Virus record (IMG/VR): IMGVR_UViG_3300015360_002415
Span: 2,281-66,280 of that record
Source: a virus
Strand: one strand, 5' to 3'
Length of the DNA stretch: 64,000 nt
The translations under genes and the position numbers were made by a program. Below the pieces are notes generated by a model. That model ran no database searches. It was not told the DNA's origin and saw only the letters and a list, made by a program, of their open reading frames with translations. This document shows, one piece after another, positions 1 to 9,089 of this stretch; positions within the stretch are counted from its first letter, which is position 1; the number at the start of each line of letters is the position of its first letter.

Positions 1-8
1 TTAGTATC

Positions 9-549
9 ATGAATTATTTCATATATGAATTATTTAATTCAGCAAATGGAAAAATAAAATATAAAACACATTTTCAATATGTACATGCCGCATTAGTTAA
101 ATATAATAAATTAATTGAATTCATTATACTTCAAAAATTTTATAATGAAAAAGATGTTTTTGCTGCTGAAAAATATTGGATTGAATATTATAAATCTAAT
201 GATAGAAATTTTGGATACAATTTAACAAGCGGTGTAGAAGGTATGGCTGGACGTAAATTATCAGAAAGTCATATATCAAAATTGCAAATGTACAATACAA
301 ATAAAAAATTATCACTAATCACTAAAAATAAAATTAGTGAATCAATTAAGCAAAAAAAAGTCTTTTGGACAAAAAAATTCAAACTCTTCCATTACAAATG
401 AAGATGCTGTTAATATTAGAAATATGTATGCAACTAAAAAATATACTCAAACTAAATTGGGAAAAATATTCAATATCGATCAAACTACAGTTTCATTGAT
501 TGTAAATAATAAATCATACAAGGAAAATAAATGTTTAAATCACATTTAA
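9..549 (+). pseudogene. Degenerate GIY-YIG homing endonuclease (NUMOD3-like + C-terminal HTH), split by a frameshift
   Basis: ORF 9-401 has FIY...NGK but no YIG half-motif, then E-KYWI..Y and GYNLTSG-EG. ORF 337-549 continues with a C-terminal HTH (YTQTKLGKIFNIDQTTVSLIV). The frames switch near the A-run at about 352-359. Same architecture as 37193-37840. Confidence 0.75.
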
Positions 550-1019
550 AAGTGAAACCTAGTAAAATAGGCTATGGGCTTTTCACAGATGTAAAAATTC
601 CTGCTAATTCTCCTATACTTGAAATGACAGCAGATGTAACTACTTGGGAAAGACTTCCTAATCAAGATCATCCAGCAGTTATTCAGGTTGGCGCTAATAT
701 TTTCATGAGTCCGTCTGGTGACATCGATGATCATATCAATCATAGCTGTAATCCAAATTGCCGTCTACAAATAGTAGGTAAAAGGGTTCATCTATATTCA
801 TTGTATGTAATACCTGCTGGAGCTGAATTAACATATGATTACTCTACAACTTCAACTGATTCATTAGAAGAATGGAAGATGGATTGTTTATGCGGACATT
901 TTAATTGTAGAAAATTGATTAGTGGATTTCAATATTTAGATAACAAAACACAAGAGGACTATAGAAAGAAAGGCGTACTACCAATTTTTATGGTTCATCA
1001 AATATTCATGAGAAAGTAA
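531..1019 (+). CDS. SET-domain lysine methyltransferase with post-SET Cys cluster
   Basis: GYGLF, INHSCNPNC, ELTYDY and CLCGHFNCR motifs. Confidence 0.9.
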   Translation: MFKSHLKVKPSKIGYGLFTDVKIPANSPILEMTADVTTWERLPNQDHPAVIQVGANIFMSPSGDIDDHINHSCNPNCRLQIVGKRVHLYSLYVIPAGAELTYDYSTTSTDSLEEWKMDCLCGHFNCRKLISGFQYLDNKTQEDYRKKGVLPIFMVHQIFMRK

Positions 1020-1024
1020 GATAT

Positions 1025-1678
1025 ATGGGACTGTTTTATTACGTTATTGACACGGAAACTACTGGATTAAAAGCTGATTACCACGAGATGACCGAAATTG
1101 GTATTATTCGTTGTGCCGATAGAGTGCAGATACATCGATTGCTTAGGTGTGATTATCCAGAAAGAGCCAGTTTTGATGCTCTTACCATTACAAAAAAGAC
1201 AATGGCTGATTTAGAGGTTGGGCACGAGAAGAGTGATGTTATTGAGGAATGTGATAAATTTTTCTCTGAAGATGGCGGTACTCCAAACCATAGATGTATT
1301 ATCGCACATAATGCACCATTTGATAGAAAATTTCTACATGCTCTATGGGCGAAAATGGGGAAACAATTCCCAGCCAATCTATGGCTAGATACTATGGGTA
1401 TGACTAAATCATATATTAAAATGATTGGTCTAGATGCAGAGCATAAAGCTAAAGGTCTGCCAAAACCAAAGGTTAATCTTCATGCTGCTTGTGATATTGC
1501 GCAAATAAAGAAGTTTTCAGAGGCTCACAATGCTAAGGTAGATAGTAGAAATACATACTTACTTCATAAAGCATTGATAGAGAAGAATGTAGATCATCTT
1601 CCTCTTATCAAAACAGAAGTACATAATGTTAAAGTAGAAGAAGGTGGTTTAGACCCGGATTTACTTGATTTAGAATGA
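1025..1678 (+). CDS. DEDDh 3'-5' exonuclease (DnaQ-like)
   Basis: IDTETTG, AHNAPFD, HNAKVD motifs. Confidence 0.9.
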   Translation: MGLFYYVIDTETTGLKADYHEMTEIGIIRCADRVQIHRLLRCDYPERASFDALTITKKTMADLEVGHEKSDVIEECDKFFSEDGGTPNHRCIIAHNAPFDRKFLHALWAKMGKQFPANLWLDTMGMTKSYIKMIGLDAEHKAKGLPKPKVNLHAACDIAQIKKFSEAHNAKVDSRNTYLLHKALIEKNVDHLPLIKTEVHNVKVEEGGLDPDLLDLE

Positions 1679-2325
1679 AAGCAATTAGTTTAGATACTTT
1701 ATTCATGAAATTGAGAAGGCAGATATTGCTTGCAGAATCTTATTCTGAAATCAAAAATCTGGCTTTTATCATTAAATCTTGCAGGTTAAAACCTTATTCA
1801 TATTTATTTGAAGCTAAAAGCTCTAAGCTCATTCTATATAAATGGTGGTTTGATGAGTATGGCAACTCATTGCGTATACTTAAAAAACAAAGGCTAAAAA
1901 TTACCTATAATGATTTAGCCTTAAATAAAGATAAAATATCATCTACTGATCTTTACTATGGTTTACCTTTAGATAAGATATCAAGAATGAGTAAGTTAGT
2001 ATTTATATGTGCCGGAAGAGATGAAGATATGTTAGAAGATTGTTTTTTTATCTCTTATCTAGGGATTGATAACTATCTTAGAACATATCTTTATATGTTT
2101 GGTGAATTGACGCAAGTATCCAGCTTATTATTAGGTATTGCTAATTTGAAAGCTATTGCAAAGAATGTCGATATAAAATATTTTCAAGAATTGAAAAAGA
2201 AAGAAAATATAGTCCTGCCTTGCCAGGATGCTCGGGTATGGTTATCTTACAACCCTCCGAGTGAAGAGTTTCTAAAAATCATAGAGAAGCAGCATGAAGC
2301 TGTATTCCTATTAACCCAAAGGTAA
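1675..2325 (+). CDS. Hypothetical protein
   Basis: 216-aa ORF with ATGA overlap to the upstream gene. Confidence 0.7.
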   Translation: MKAISLDTLFMKLRRQILLAESYSEIKNLAFIIKSCRLKPYSYLFEAKSSKLILYKWWFDEYGNSLRILKKQRLKITYNDLALNKDKISSTDLYYGLPLDKISRMSKLVFICAGRDEDMLEDCFFISYLGIDNYLRTYLYMFGELTQVSSLLLGIANLKAIAKNVDIKYFQELKKKENIVLPCQDARVWLSYNPPSEEFLKIIEKQHEAVFLLTQR

Positions 2326-2335
2326 TCCAATATAT

Positions 2336-2548
2336 ATGTCAGACGAAAAACTAGAATTTGAAGGCGAAGTTATTGATGCGAACAAAGGTAAGTTCAAGGT
2401 AAAAATTAGTGAAAATTATACAATTCTTGCTACATTAAGTGGAAAAATCCGCCAGAACTCTGTTAGAATTCTGGTCGGAGATAAAGTTAAAGTAATTGTA
2501 TCAGAGTATGATACGACTCAAGGAAGAATTACTTACCGAAACAAATAA
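2336..2548 (+). CDS. infA: Translation initiation factor IF-1
   Basis: EFEGEV...LSGKIRQNSVRILVGDKVKV..SEYDTTQGRITYR is the canonical IF-1 signature. Confidence 0.95.
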   Translation: MSDEKLEFEGEVIDANKGKFKVKISENYTILATLSGKIRQNSVRILVGDKVKVIVSEYDTTQGRITYRNK

Positions 2549-2549
2549 C

Positions 2550-3506
2550 TTAACCTATAGAGTTTAAGAAGTTCTCAATTCTTTGTAAAAACTGTATTCT
2601 ACCGCTCTGTGGTTTGGCTGGAGTATAGGTTGCAACTTCTTTAGACTCTTCTGGTTTCGTAGCTAATGGCTTATCACCCGCTGGTGAACTTAAAGGTTTG
2701 TCAGCGGGTTTTTCTTTTGGATCTGACTTAGCTCCAGTTGGAGCTTCCGCTAACTGTGGACCCTTGCTAATATCATATTTTTTTACACCAGGAGTATGAC
2801 CGATGGTTTGGTAAAGTTTACCAAACTTAGGATCAGTCATAAGACTATCCATAGTAGTTTTCATAACTTGACCAGAGGGTAAAGTTACTTCTACTTCATT
2901 AGATACTAATCTTGCACCTGAAGCATATTCAGAGTGACTAGCAATATCATGAGAGCTAATGTTACCTTTTTGAATAGGGGTTCCATCAGCATGATACCAG
3001 CCAGTTATACCTAATCTATCAGCTTGGTCTGGTTGAATAATATCTTTCATATGACCAGCTACTAAAGCTCCAGGTTTTTTCTTATCAAGTTCTTGTTGTA
3101 TTTTATCATTAAATGCAACTGAAGTATCCGAGTCGCTTATTTTTCTAGCGACGACTTCATCAGCAGTATAGTATTTACCATTAATTTTAGCGCCACCACT
3201 CATAGGAGTTGGAGGTAGTTTTGTATCAGCAGCTTGCCAAATTTGTTTAGACATCTTAGTTGTTGGAAGATTCATACCAAAATGATCAGCTACACGTTGT
3301 GCGGTTGTTCCGGTCATAGGAACTCTAATGCCATCGATGCTTACGTAGTCAGGCATTACCTTATAAGTAATTTTTACACCTTTAGGACCATCTACTGTGA
3401 CTGGTACTAGATTTTTTGGTGGACCCATTGAAACTAATGTATTATAAATTAATTGTTCTCTTTTAGGACCGGCTGGTGTTTTTAAGAATTCATCTTTGAA
3501 GCTCAT
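2550..3506 (-). CDS. Uncharacterised putative enzyme, paralog of 3516-4310, with Pro/Lys-rich C-terminal tail
   Basis: Shares VMPD, RVPM, PTxKM..IW, GHxKD, GW...G.PIQ, H...[ED]Y motifs with the adjacent gene. Confidence 0.8.
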   Translation of the reverse strand: MSFKDEFLKTPAGPKREQLIYNTLVSMGPPKNLVPVTVDGPKGVKITYKVMPDYVSIDGIRVPMTGTTAQRVADHFGMNLPTTKMSKQIWQAADTKLPPTPMSGGAKINGKYYTADEVVARKISDSDTSVAFNDKIQQELDKKKPGALVAGHMKDIIQPDQADRLGITGWYHADGTPIQKGNISSHDIASHSEYASGARLVSNEVEVTLPSGQVMKTTMDSLMTDPKFGKLYQTIGHTPGVKKYDISKGPQLAEAPTGAKSDPKEKPADKPLSSPAGDKPLATKPEESKEVATYTPAKPQSGRIQFLQRIENFLNSIG

Positions 3507-3515
3507 TTGTTACCT

Positions 3516-4310
3516 TTAGTATTTTGTAAATGTTAATATACCTTCATCAGACACTAAAGAAGATAATTCTTTACTTGAGAATACATCTGTAATTCCCATT
3601 AAATTTCCATCCACTAAAACATCATTAGCTATCATTCTGATACCATGACTATAATCCTCATAGCTATCTTCATGATCAACAGGATTCAATCCTTGAATTG
3701 GTTGACCATTAGCTTGTATCCAGCCATAGATAGCTACTCTTTTTTTAGGATTACCTGGGCTAAGTCTATTTGTCAATACAACATCCTTTTTATGACCTGA
3801 AGTTAATTGAGCTGAATCTTTGCCAGCTAATTGGGCTTGTATTCTACGATTATGAATACCAACACGATCCATACTCATCATACTAGAATCATATGGTGGA
3901 CCCCATGGTAATGGAGATAGTTTGTTAATAGAAGCTTTCCAAATATCATTAACCATTTTTCTTGTTGGCATAAAGCAATCAAAAGTATCAGCTATTTTTT
4001 GAGCAGTATATGGATTCATAGGCATTCTTACATAATCAGAGTCACTACCAATACATAAAAAATCCGGCATGACTAGATAAGTAATATTATGCTTATTAGT
4101 TGCAACTGTAATAGCTTTGAATTTTCTAAGAAAATCAGGCATATTGCCGTTTAAAATTTCATACAGTATATTTTGTTGCCTTATTATTCTATTAACGCCC
4201 ATATTTTTAGTAACAAATTGGCTACCAGAGATAGCATTACTATCTCTAATTGGTATAAGTGGCATTGAGGTTGATGGATTATCAATCAATTCAAATATAT
4301 TTATTGGCAT
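3516..4310 (-). CDS. Uncharacterised putative enzyme (GHKKD / IYGW / DYSHG motifs)
   Basis: VMPDFLCIGSDSDYVRMPM, GHKKDVV, VAIYGW, HEDSYEDYSHGIR. Confidence 0.8.
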   Translation of the reverse strand: MPINIFELIDNPSTSMPLIPIRDSNAISGSQFVTKNMGVNRIIRQQNILYEILNGNMPDFLRKFKAITVATNKHNITYLVMPDFLCIGSDSDYVRMPMNPYTAQKIADTFDCFMPTRKMVNDIWKASINKLSPLPWGPPYDSSMMSMDRVGIHNRRIQAQLAGKDSAQLTSGHKKDVVLTNRLSPGNPKKRVAIYGWIQANGQPIQGLNPVDHEDSYEDYSHGIRMIANDVLVDGNLMGITDVFSSKELSSLVSDEGILTFTKY

Positions 4311-4342
4311 AGTACCCCCTAATCTTTAACAATTGCCAGGTA

Positions 4343-4370
4343 TTGACAAGTATTTAACAAGATTTACTAT
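4343..4370 (+). promoter_or_regulatory. Sigma70-like promoter
   Basis: TTGACA-16 nt-TACTAT in the divergent intergenic region upstream of 4420. Confidence 0.55.
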
Positions 4371-4419
4371 TATACCACAATATGGAGATCACTTAATATG
4401 ATCTTTAGGAGATAACTTT

Positions 4420-5466
4420 ATGATAGATAGAATTAAAGATGGGCTTTGTTATGATGATGTTTTATTACAGCCACAGTACTCTTCTGTAAAGAGTCGTTCT
4501 GAGATAGATATTTCTGTTAAATGGGGCATGTTACAATTTAGTCATCCAGTTATACCTGCTAACATGAAAACTGTTACTGGTGTTGATATGGCGGCAGCTA
4601 TAATGGATACAGGCGGATTAGCCATTCTACATAGGTTTATGCCAATAGAAGATCAAGTAAAAGCAGCACACTCTCTAATAAAAATAGAAAATAATGCAAT
4701 GCATTTGATGATGTCTGTTGGGGTTAAAGAAGATGATAAGGATAATATTGGTTTATTATATCGGGCTGGCGTACGAATGATTTGTATTGATATTGCTCAT
4801 GGTGATTCTGTTCAATGTATCGATATGATTAAATGGATTAGACAACAGTATTCATATATATTTATTGTTGCAGGAAATGTAGCTACTGGTCAAGCTGCTG
4901 CTCGATTATGGAAAGCTGGAGCCAATGTTGTTAAAGTTGGCGTTGGTCCTGGTAGTTTATGCACCACCAGAATTGAAACTGGCAATGGTGTTCCACAGTT
5001 AAGTGCTTTAATTGATGTTGCTAAAGTAAGAGATGATCTTATTCTTGAGTATAAGAATGAAGAATCTAATGTTAGTCGCGTATTCCCATTTATTGCAGAT
5101 GGTGGTATTAAGAATGCTGGTGATATAGTTAAAGCTTTATGTTTTGCTGATATGGTTATGGTTGGTAATTTGTTTTCTGGATGCGATGAAACACCCGGTG
5201 AGATTCTAAGTATAGATGGTAATAAATACAAACAATATGTAGGCAGTTCTACACATAAAACCAATCATGTAGAAGGTGTAGCAGCTATCGTTCCTACAAA
5301 AGGAAAGATGTCAGAAGTTTTAACTAAGTTACTTGAAGGATTACGTTCAGGTTGTTCTTATCAAGGTTCTAAAAATTTAACAGAACTTAAGGATAATCCA
5401 GTATTTATGAGAATAACTAGTGCAGGATTGAGAGAGTCTCATCCACACGACGTTAAAGTAATATAA
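4420..5466 (+). CDS. IMPDH/GMP reductase family oxidoreductase without CBS domains (probably GMP reductase)
   Basis: YDDVLL, PANM, IDIAHG, GNVAT, GVGPGSLCTTR (catalytic Cys), IADGGI, SYQG; AGGAG RBS. Confidence 0.9.
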   Translation: MIDRIKDGLCYDDVLLQPQYSSVKSRSEIDISVKWGMLQFSHPVIPANMKTVTGVDMAAAIMDTGGLAILHRFMPIEDQVKAAHSLIKIENNAMHLMMSVGVKEDDKDNIGLLYRAGVRMICIDIAHGDSVQCIDMIKWIRQQYSYIFIVAGNVATGQAAARLWKAGANVVKVGVGPGSLCTTRIETGNGVPQLSALIDVAKVRDDLILEYKNEESNVSRVFPFIADGGIKNAGDIVKALCFADMVMVGNLFSGCDETPGEILSIDGNKYKQYVGSSTHKTNHVEGVAAIVPTKGKMSEVLTKLLEGLRSGCSYQGSKNLTELKDNPVFMRITSAGLRESHPHDVKVI

Positions 5467-5477
5467 TCGGGGGATTT

Positions 5478-5675
5478 ATGGGAGATAGCAACAAAGTAAC
5501 AACATATGTCATCGGTATTGTAACAATCATAATTATGATGTTTGTTTTTGGATTAGGTGTTTGGGCATTAACTATACCAAGCGTACCTTTAGCTATCATA
5601 TCATTTATAATTGGTATCGGATTCAGTGTGTTTGCATATCATGATTTTAAGCGAATTAGAGATAAGGAAGTCTAA
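5478..5675 (+). CDS. Small two-TM membrane protein
   Basis: Two hydrophobic stretches, charged C-terminus, GGGG RBS. Confidence 0.7.
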   Translation: MGDSNKVTTYVIGIVTIIIMMFVFGLGVWALTIPSVPLAIISFIIGIGFSVFAYHDFKRIRDKEV

Positions 5676-5676
5676 A

Positions 5677-6543
5677 TTGAATAAAGAAGAAAGTCAGTAT
5701 TTGAATTTACTAGAAGAGATAGTAACGACTGGTACTAAAAAAAGTGATAGAACTGGTACAGGAACAATTAGTATTTTTGGTAGCAAGCTTAGGTTCTCTC
5801 TAGAGAATGATAAAGTGCCTATGCTTACCACAAAAAAAATGTTTACAAAAGGTGTAATCGAAGAGCTATTGTTCTTCCTTCGTGGTCAAACAGATTCTAA
5901 AATACTAGAGGCGAAAGGAGTTAATATCTGGAAAGGCAATACCTCTAGAGAATATCTTGATAAAAAAGGATTGACTTCTTATGAAGAGGGCGAAATAGGA
6001 CCAATGTACGGTGCTCAATGGAGAAATTTTAACTCACCTTTATATGATAATCTTAATAAAGGAGTCGATCAAATACAAAATGTATTTAATTTAATTAAAA
6101 ATGACCCAAATAGCAGAAGGATGATTGTTACAGCTTATAATCCATTAGTATCACATCTAACAGTACTAGAGCCTTGTCATATGTTTTTTCAATTTTATGT
6201 GGATGATGGAAAGTTAAGTGCGCAGTGGTATCAACGCTCTGTAGATAGCTTTCTAGGCTTACCATTCAATATACTAAGTTACGCCATTCTTACCAAGATA
6301 ATGGCGAAGGCAGCGGGATTAGAGCCTAAGGAATTGATTTTTGTAGGTGGCGATACTCACGTATACTTAAATCATTTAGATCAAGTAACTGAACAGATAT
6401 CAAGAGTACCATTTGAATTTCCAACAATGAAGATAAATAAAGAATTATCTACAATTAAAGATATTGAAGAATTAGAGTTATCTGATTTCGTAATTAAAGG
6501 ATATCAATCACATACTGCTATTAAAGCGCCAATGGCTGTATAA
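5677..6543 (+). CDS. thyA: Thymidylate synthase
   Basis: DRTGTGT, LTTKK, YGAQWR, SRR, PCH, QRSVD..LGLPFN, HVY.NH, APMAV; likely TTG start at 5677 after an AAGGA RBS. Confidence 0.97.
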   Translation: MNKEESQYLNLLEEIVTTGTKKSDRTGTGTISIFGSKLRFSLENDKVPMLTTKKMFTKGVIEELLFFLRGQTDSKILEAKGVNIWKGNTSREYLDKKGLTSYEEGEIGPMYGAQWRNFNSPLYDNLNKGVDQIQNVFNLIKNDPNSRRMIVTAYNPLVSHLTVLEPCHMFFQFYVDDGKLSAQWYQRSVDSFLGLPFNILSYAILTKIMAKAAGLEPKELIFVGGDTHVYLNHLDQVTEQISRVPFEFPTMKINKELSTIKDIEELELSDFVIKGYQSHTAIKAPMAV

Positions 6544-6686
6544 TGGGTAATTTACCAGGAAAATATGTATATGGTAATAGTCCATATGGAACATATAATT
6601 CATTACAGCTTAAGCATAACGGAAGTTCATTTATTGTGAAAAATAATGGTGATTTATTGGTTGAAGGTAAATTATATGGAAGATAA
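6543..6686 (+). CDS. Small hypothetical protein (47 aa, MGNLPGKYVYG...)
   Basis: Hand-translated; start overlaps the thyA stop (TAATG) and it fills the gap. Confidence 0.5.
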   Translation: MGNLPGKYVYGNSPYGTYNSLQLKHNGSSFIVKNNGDLLVEGKLYGR

Positions 6687-6852
6687 AAGAAAAAGTGGAT
6701 CTATTGGTGTAAGTTATTATAAAACTGTATTTATGTTTACAGGATCTACTTTTTCATTTGACTCTGTTTCAGAAAATGAAGATCAAATAGATATTTACAA
6801 TAAGTTAAAAGTAGAGTTTGATAAAATTGTAGCATTGAAAGCATTTTGGTGA
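6676..6852 (+). CDS. Small hypothetical protein ending DKIVALKAFW
   Basis: ATG 6676 with AAGGT RBS; carries the shared C-terminal tag. Confidence 0.65.
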   Translation: MEDKRKSGSIGVSYYKTVFMFTGSTFSFDSVSENEDQIDIYNKLKVEFDKIVALKAFW

Positions 6853-6856
6853 AAAT

Positions 6857-7447
6857 ATGATTGGAATGATAGTAGGAATATCCAGTAATGGAGTAATTGG
6901 TTTAGATGGTAAGATACCTTTTTACCATTCAGATGATTTGAAATTTTTCAAGAAAATGACACTTAACAGTACTATAATTATGGGTCGCAAGACGTTTGAA
7001 AGTATAGGCAAACCTCTTCCTGAACGAAGAAATATAGTAATAACTTCATCTAAAATAGAGGTTGAAGGAATTGAATGTTTTAAATCCTTAGAAGATGCAT
7101 TAGATACAACTGCTCCAATTGCAGATGCGATTGATACATGGTTAATTGGTGTAGCTTCTATATACGAAATTGGGATGACTCATGCTAACGTAATTTATAC
7201 TACAGTCACCAAAGATATAATTTCGGGAGATAATCCAGTAAGATTATGGTTAATTGGTGGAGCTTCTATATACGAAATTGGGATGACTCATGCTGACGTA
7301 ATTTATACTACAGTCACCACAGATATAATTTCGGGAGATAATCCAGTAAGATTTCCATGGATCAATCCCCGATTATTTAAAATCGTAGAAGAGATTCAAC
7401 TTAATGAAATTTTAACAGTATTCAAATATCAACGTATAGTTAAATAA
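6857..7447 (+). CDS. folA: Dihydrofolate reductase with internal 36-aa duplication
   Basis: NGVIG, DLKFFK..T, IMGRKTFESIGKPLPERRNIVIT, IGG motifs. Confidence 0.92.
   Translation: MIGMIVGISSNGVIGLDGKIPFYHSDDLKFFKKMTLNSTIIMGRKTFESIGKPLPERRNIVITSSKIEVEGIECFKSLEDALDTTAPIADAIDTWLIGVASIYEIGMTHANVIYTTVTKDIISGDNPVRLWLIGGASIYEIGMTHADVIYTTVTTDIISGDNPVRFPWINPRLFKIVEEIQLNEILTVFKYQRIVK
7138..7353 (+). repeat. 108-bp tandem duplication, two copies, 3 mismatches
   Basis: 7138-7245 vs 7246-7353, both ATGGTTAATTGGTG...GATAATCCAGTAAGATT. Confidence 0.95.
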
Positions 7448-7961
7448 CATTCCATTGCGTTCCATTATAAATAAATCTTAATGAACCGTAATCGGAGCTA
7501 ATTATTCTATTTGGAGCGTAACCATCAGTAAGCTTACCATTTGGTTGTATTGTAATATTAAAAGCATTTGCAGTTCCAGTTGCATCTTTAATAATTACTT
7601 CATGACCAAGTTGCGGCGTGCCCGGCAGGGTAATGGTTCTAGCCGCAGTTGTATCAACAGCTACAAAATTATCACTATAAAGTACAGTATAGTTGCTACT
7701 TACAAGTGTAACTGGAATAGTATAATTTTGTAAATTGGTAGGATACCAATCAGAGTTAGTCAAGCCGAAACCTAAAACGTAATATCTACTTGCATTTTTA
7801 TCAAAAACAAGCATTCCTTCTTTACGGCTGGCAGTAGGTATTGCGTCTCTAGCACCTGCATTAGCAACAATTTGAAAACCACCTTTAACGTGTTTATCTT
7901 CAACTATTGGGAAATTTCCATCACCTGCTGGCACTAATGTTGTTATTATTTGAGTTGGCAT
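7440..7961 (-). CDS. Putative virion fibre/decoration protein
   Basis: N-terminal GGFQ.V...RDAIP..RKEGMLV module; C-terminal domain (TLP..P..G...IKD..G.A...NITI...Y.G.QW.vI) shared with 16152-18281. Confidence 0.65.
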   Translation of the reverse strand: MPTQIITTLVPAGDGNFPIVEDKHVKGGFQIVANAGARDAIPTASRKEGMLVFDKNASRYYVLGFGLTNSDWYPTNLQNYTIPVTLVSSNYTVLYSDNFVAVDTTAARTITLPGTPQLGHEVIIKDATGTANAFNITIQPNGKLTDGYAPNRIISSDYGSLRFIYNGTQWNVI

Positions 7962-7992
7962 TATTTATCCTTTATAGCTATATACGATAGAT

Positions 7993-9069
7993 TTAGTATT
8001 TGCTTTTGCATAATTGTAGATTGTTAAAAATTCTACGCAATTCGTTTTCAGGTGCCTTATAAATACGCAAAAGATATTTATTTAGTTCAATAGCCTCTTC
8101 AATCTCACCAAGATGAAAAGAGGCTATTGCCATTTCGTCATAAATCTTCCAGTCATAGCAAGGCTCCTCAATGAATAAACCATCACTTGGTTTCTTTACA
8201 GTACAACCAATTTTAGCATAAAAATAAGCTTTATCATAAAGTTTCATTTTACGACAGTAAGCAGCTAAATACAATAGGCTTTCTATTCTTTTAGAATTGC
8301 AATTGAAAGCTCTAATATAGGCTGATTCGATTAACGTTATATTTTCTGGACTAACAATTTCAAGAATCTTGGCTGATTCTAAAATTGCGATAAATCTTTC
8401 TTCAATCCAACCGCCTAATAGATCTCTTTTTAGATAGTAAGCAAGCGCCTCTTCATATTTACCTGCATCTCTATAGCTTTGCGCACAATAGAATGTATTT
8501 CTATGATCATTGGGCTTCTTTATAAGCTCTGATTCGAATACTAAAGCATCATTTATATATTTGAATGAGTTACTAGATCTATGTCCATCTGCTCCATAAA
8601 GTATCTTGCATCCTTGCAATGTTATTGGGACAACGTACTCTGGAAGATTTATATATTCATGTACCAATCCTATATAATTAAATTCAATTGAATTGTGAAT
8701 TAACTGTGGTCTATAATAGGTTACTGAATTGTGTTCAATTCGTATCTTATAGACTTCTTCACATAATTTCTTGAATGAAAAATTGTGCTCAAAAATAAAC
8801 TTATCATCAGCATCTATGATTAAGGTATAATCTGCCTTAGTCTTAGAAATTGCTAATGATAAGTTTCTATTTGTACTAAAATCATGCCAATCATGACGAT
8901 GAAGTTCTCCAGGGATTCCATTAAGAGTCTTATGAATTAGATCTATCGTATTATCTGTAGACCCTGTATCACAAATTACCCAATAATCTATATGATTTTT
9001 GAGTGATTCAAGACACCTTACAATACAGTGTTCTTCATTTTTTACTATCATAGATAAGCAGACAGTCAT
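7993..9069 (-). CDS. GT2 glycosyltransferase with C-terminal TPR repeats
   Basis: CLSMIVKNE, DTGSTD, DFSTNRN, DAD, VHE; helical TPR-like C-terminal half. Confidence 0.9.
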   Translation of the reverse strand: MTVCLSMIVKNEEHCIVRCLESLKNHIDYWVICDTGSTDNTIDLIHKTLNGIPGELHRHDWHDFSTNRNLSLAISKTKADYTLIIDADDKFIFEHNFSFKKLCEEVYKIRIEHNSVTYYRPQLIHNSIEFNYIGLVHEYINLPEYVVPITLQGCKILYGADGHRSSNSFKYINDALVFESELIKKPNDHRNTFYCAQSYRDAGKYEEALAYYLKRDLLGGWIEERFIAILESAKILEIVSPENITLIESAYIRAFNCNSKRIESLLYLAAYCRKMKLYDKAYFYAKIGCTVKKPSDGLFIEEPCYDWKIYDEMAIASFHLGEIEEAIELNKYLLRIYKAPENELRRIFNNLQLCKSKY

Positions 9070-9089
9070 ACTACGTATATAGCGTTTAA

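Noticed and set aside
7138-7353. DHFR repeat as a diversity-generating retroelement TR/VR pair
   Set aside because: The copies are directly tandem within one ORF, there are only 3 mismatches (one not at A), and no reverse transcriptase is in the window.
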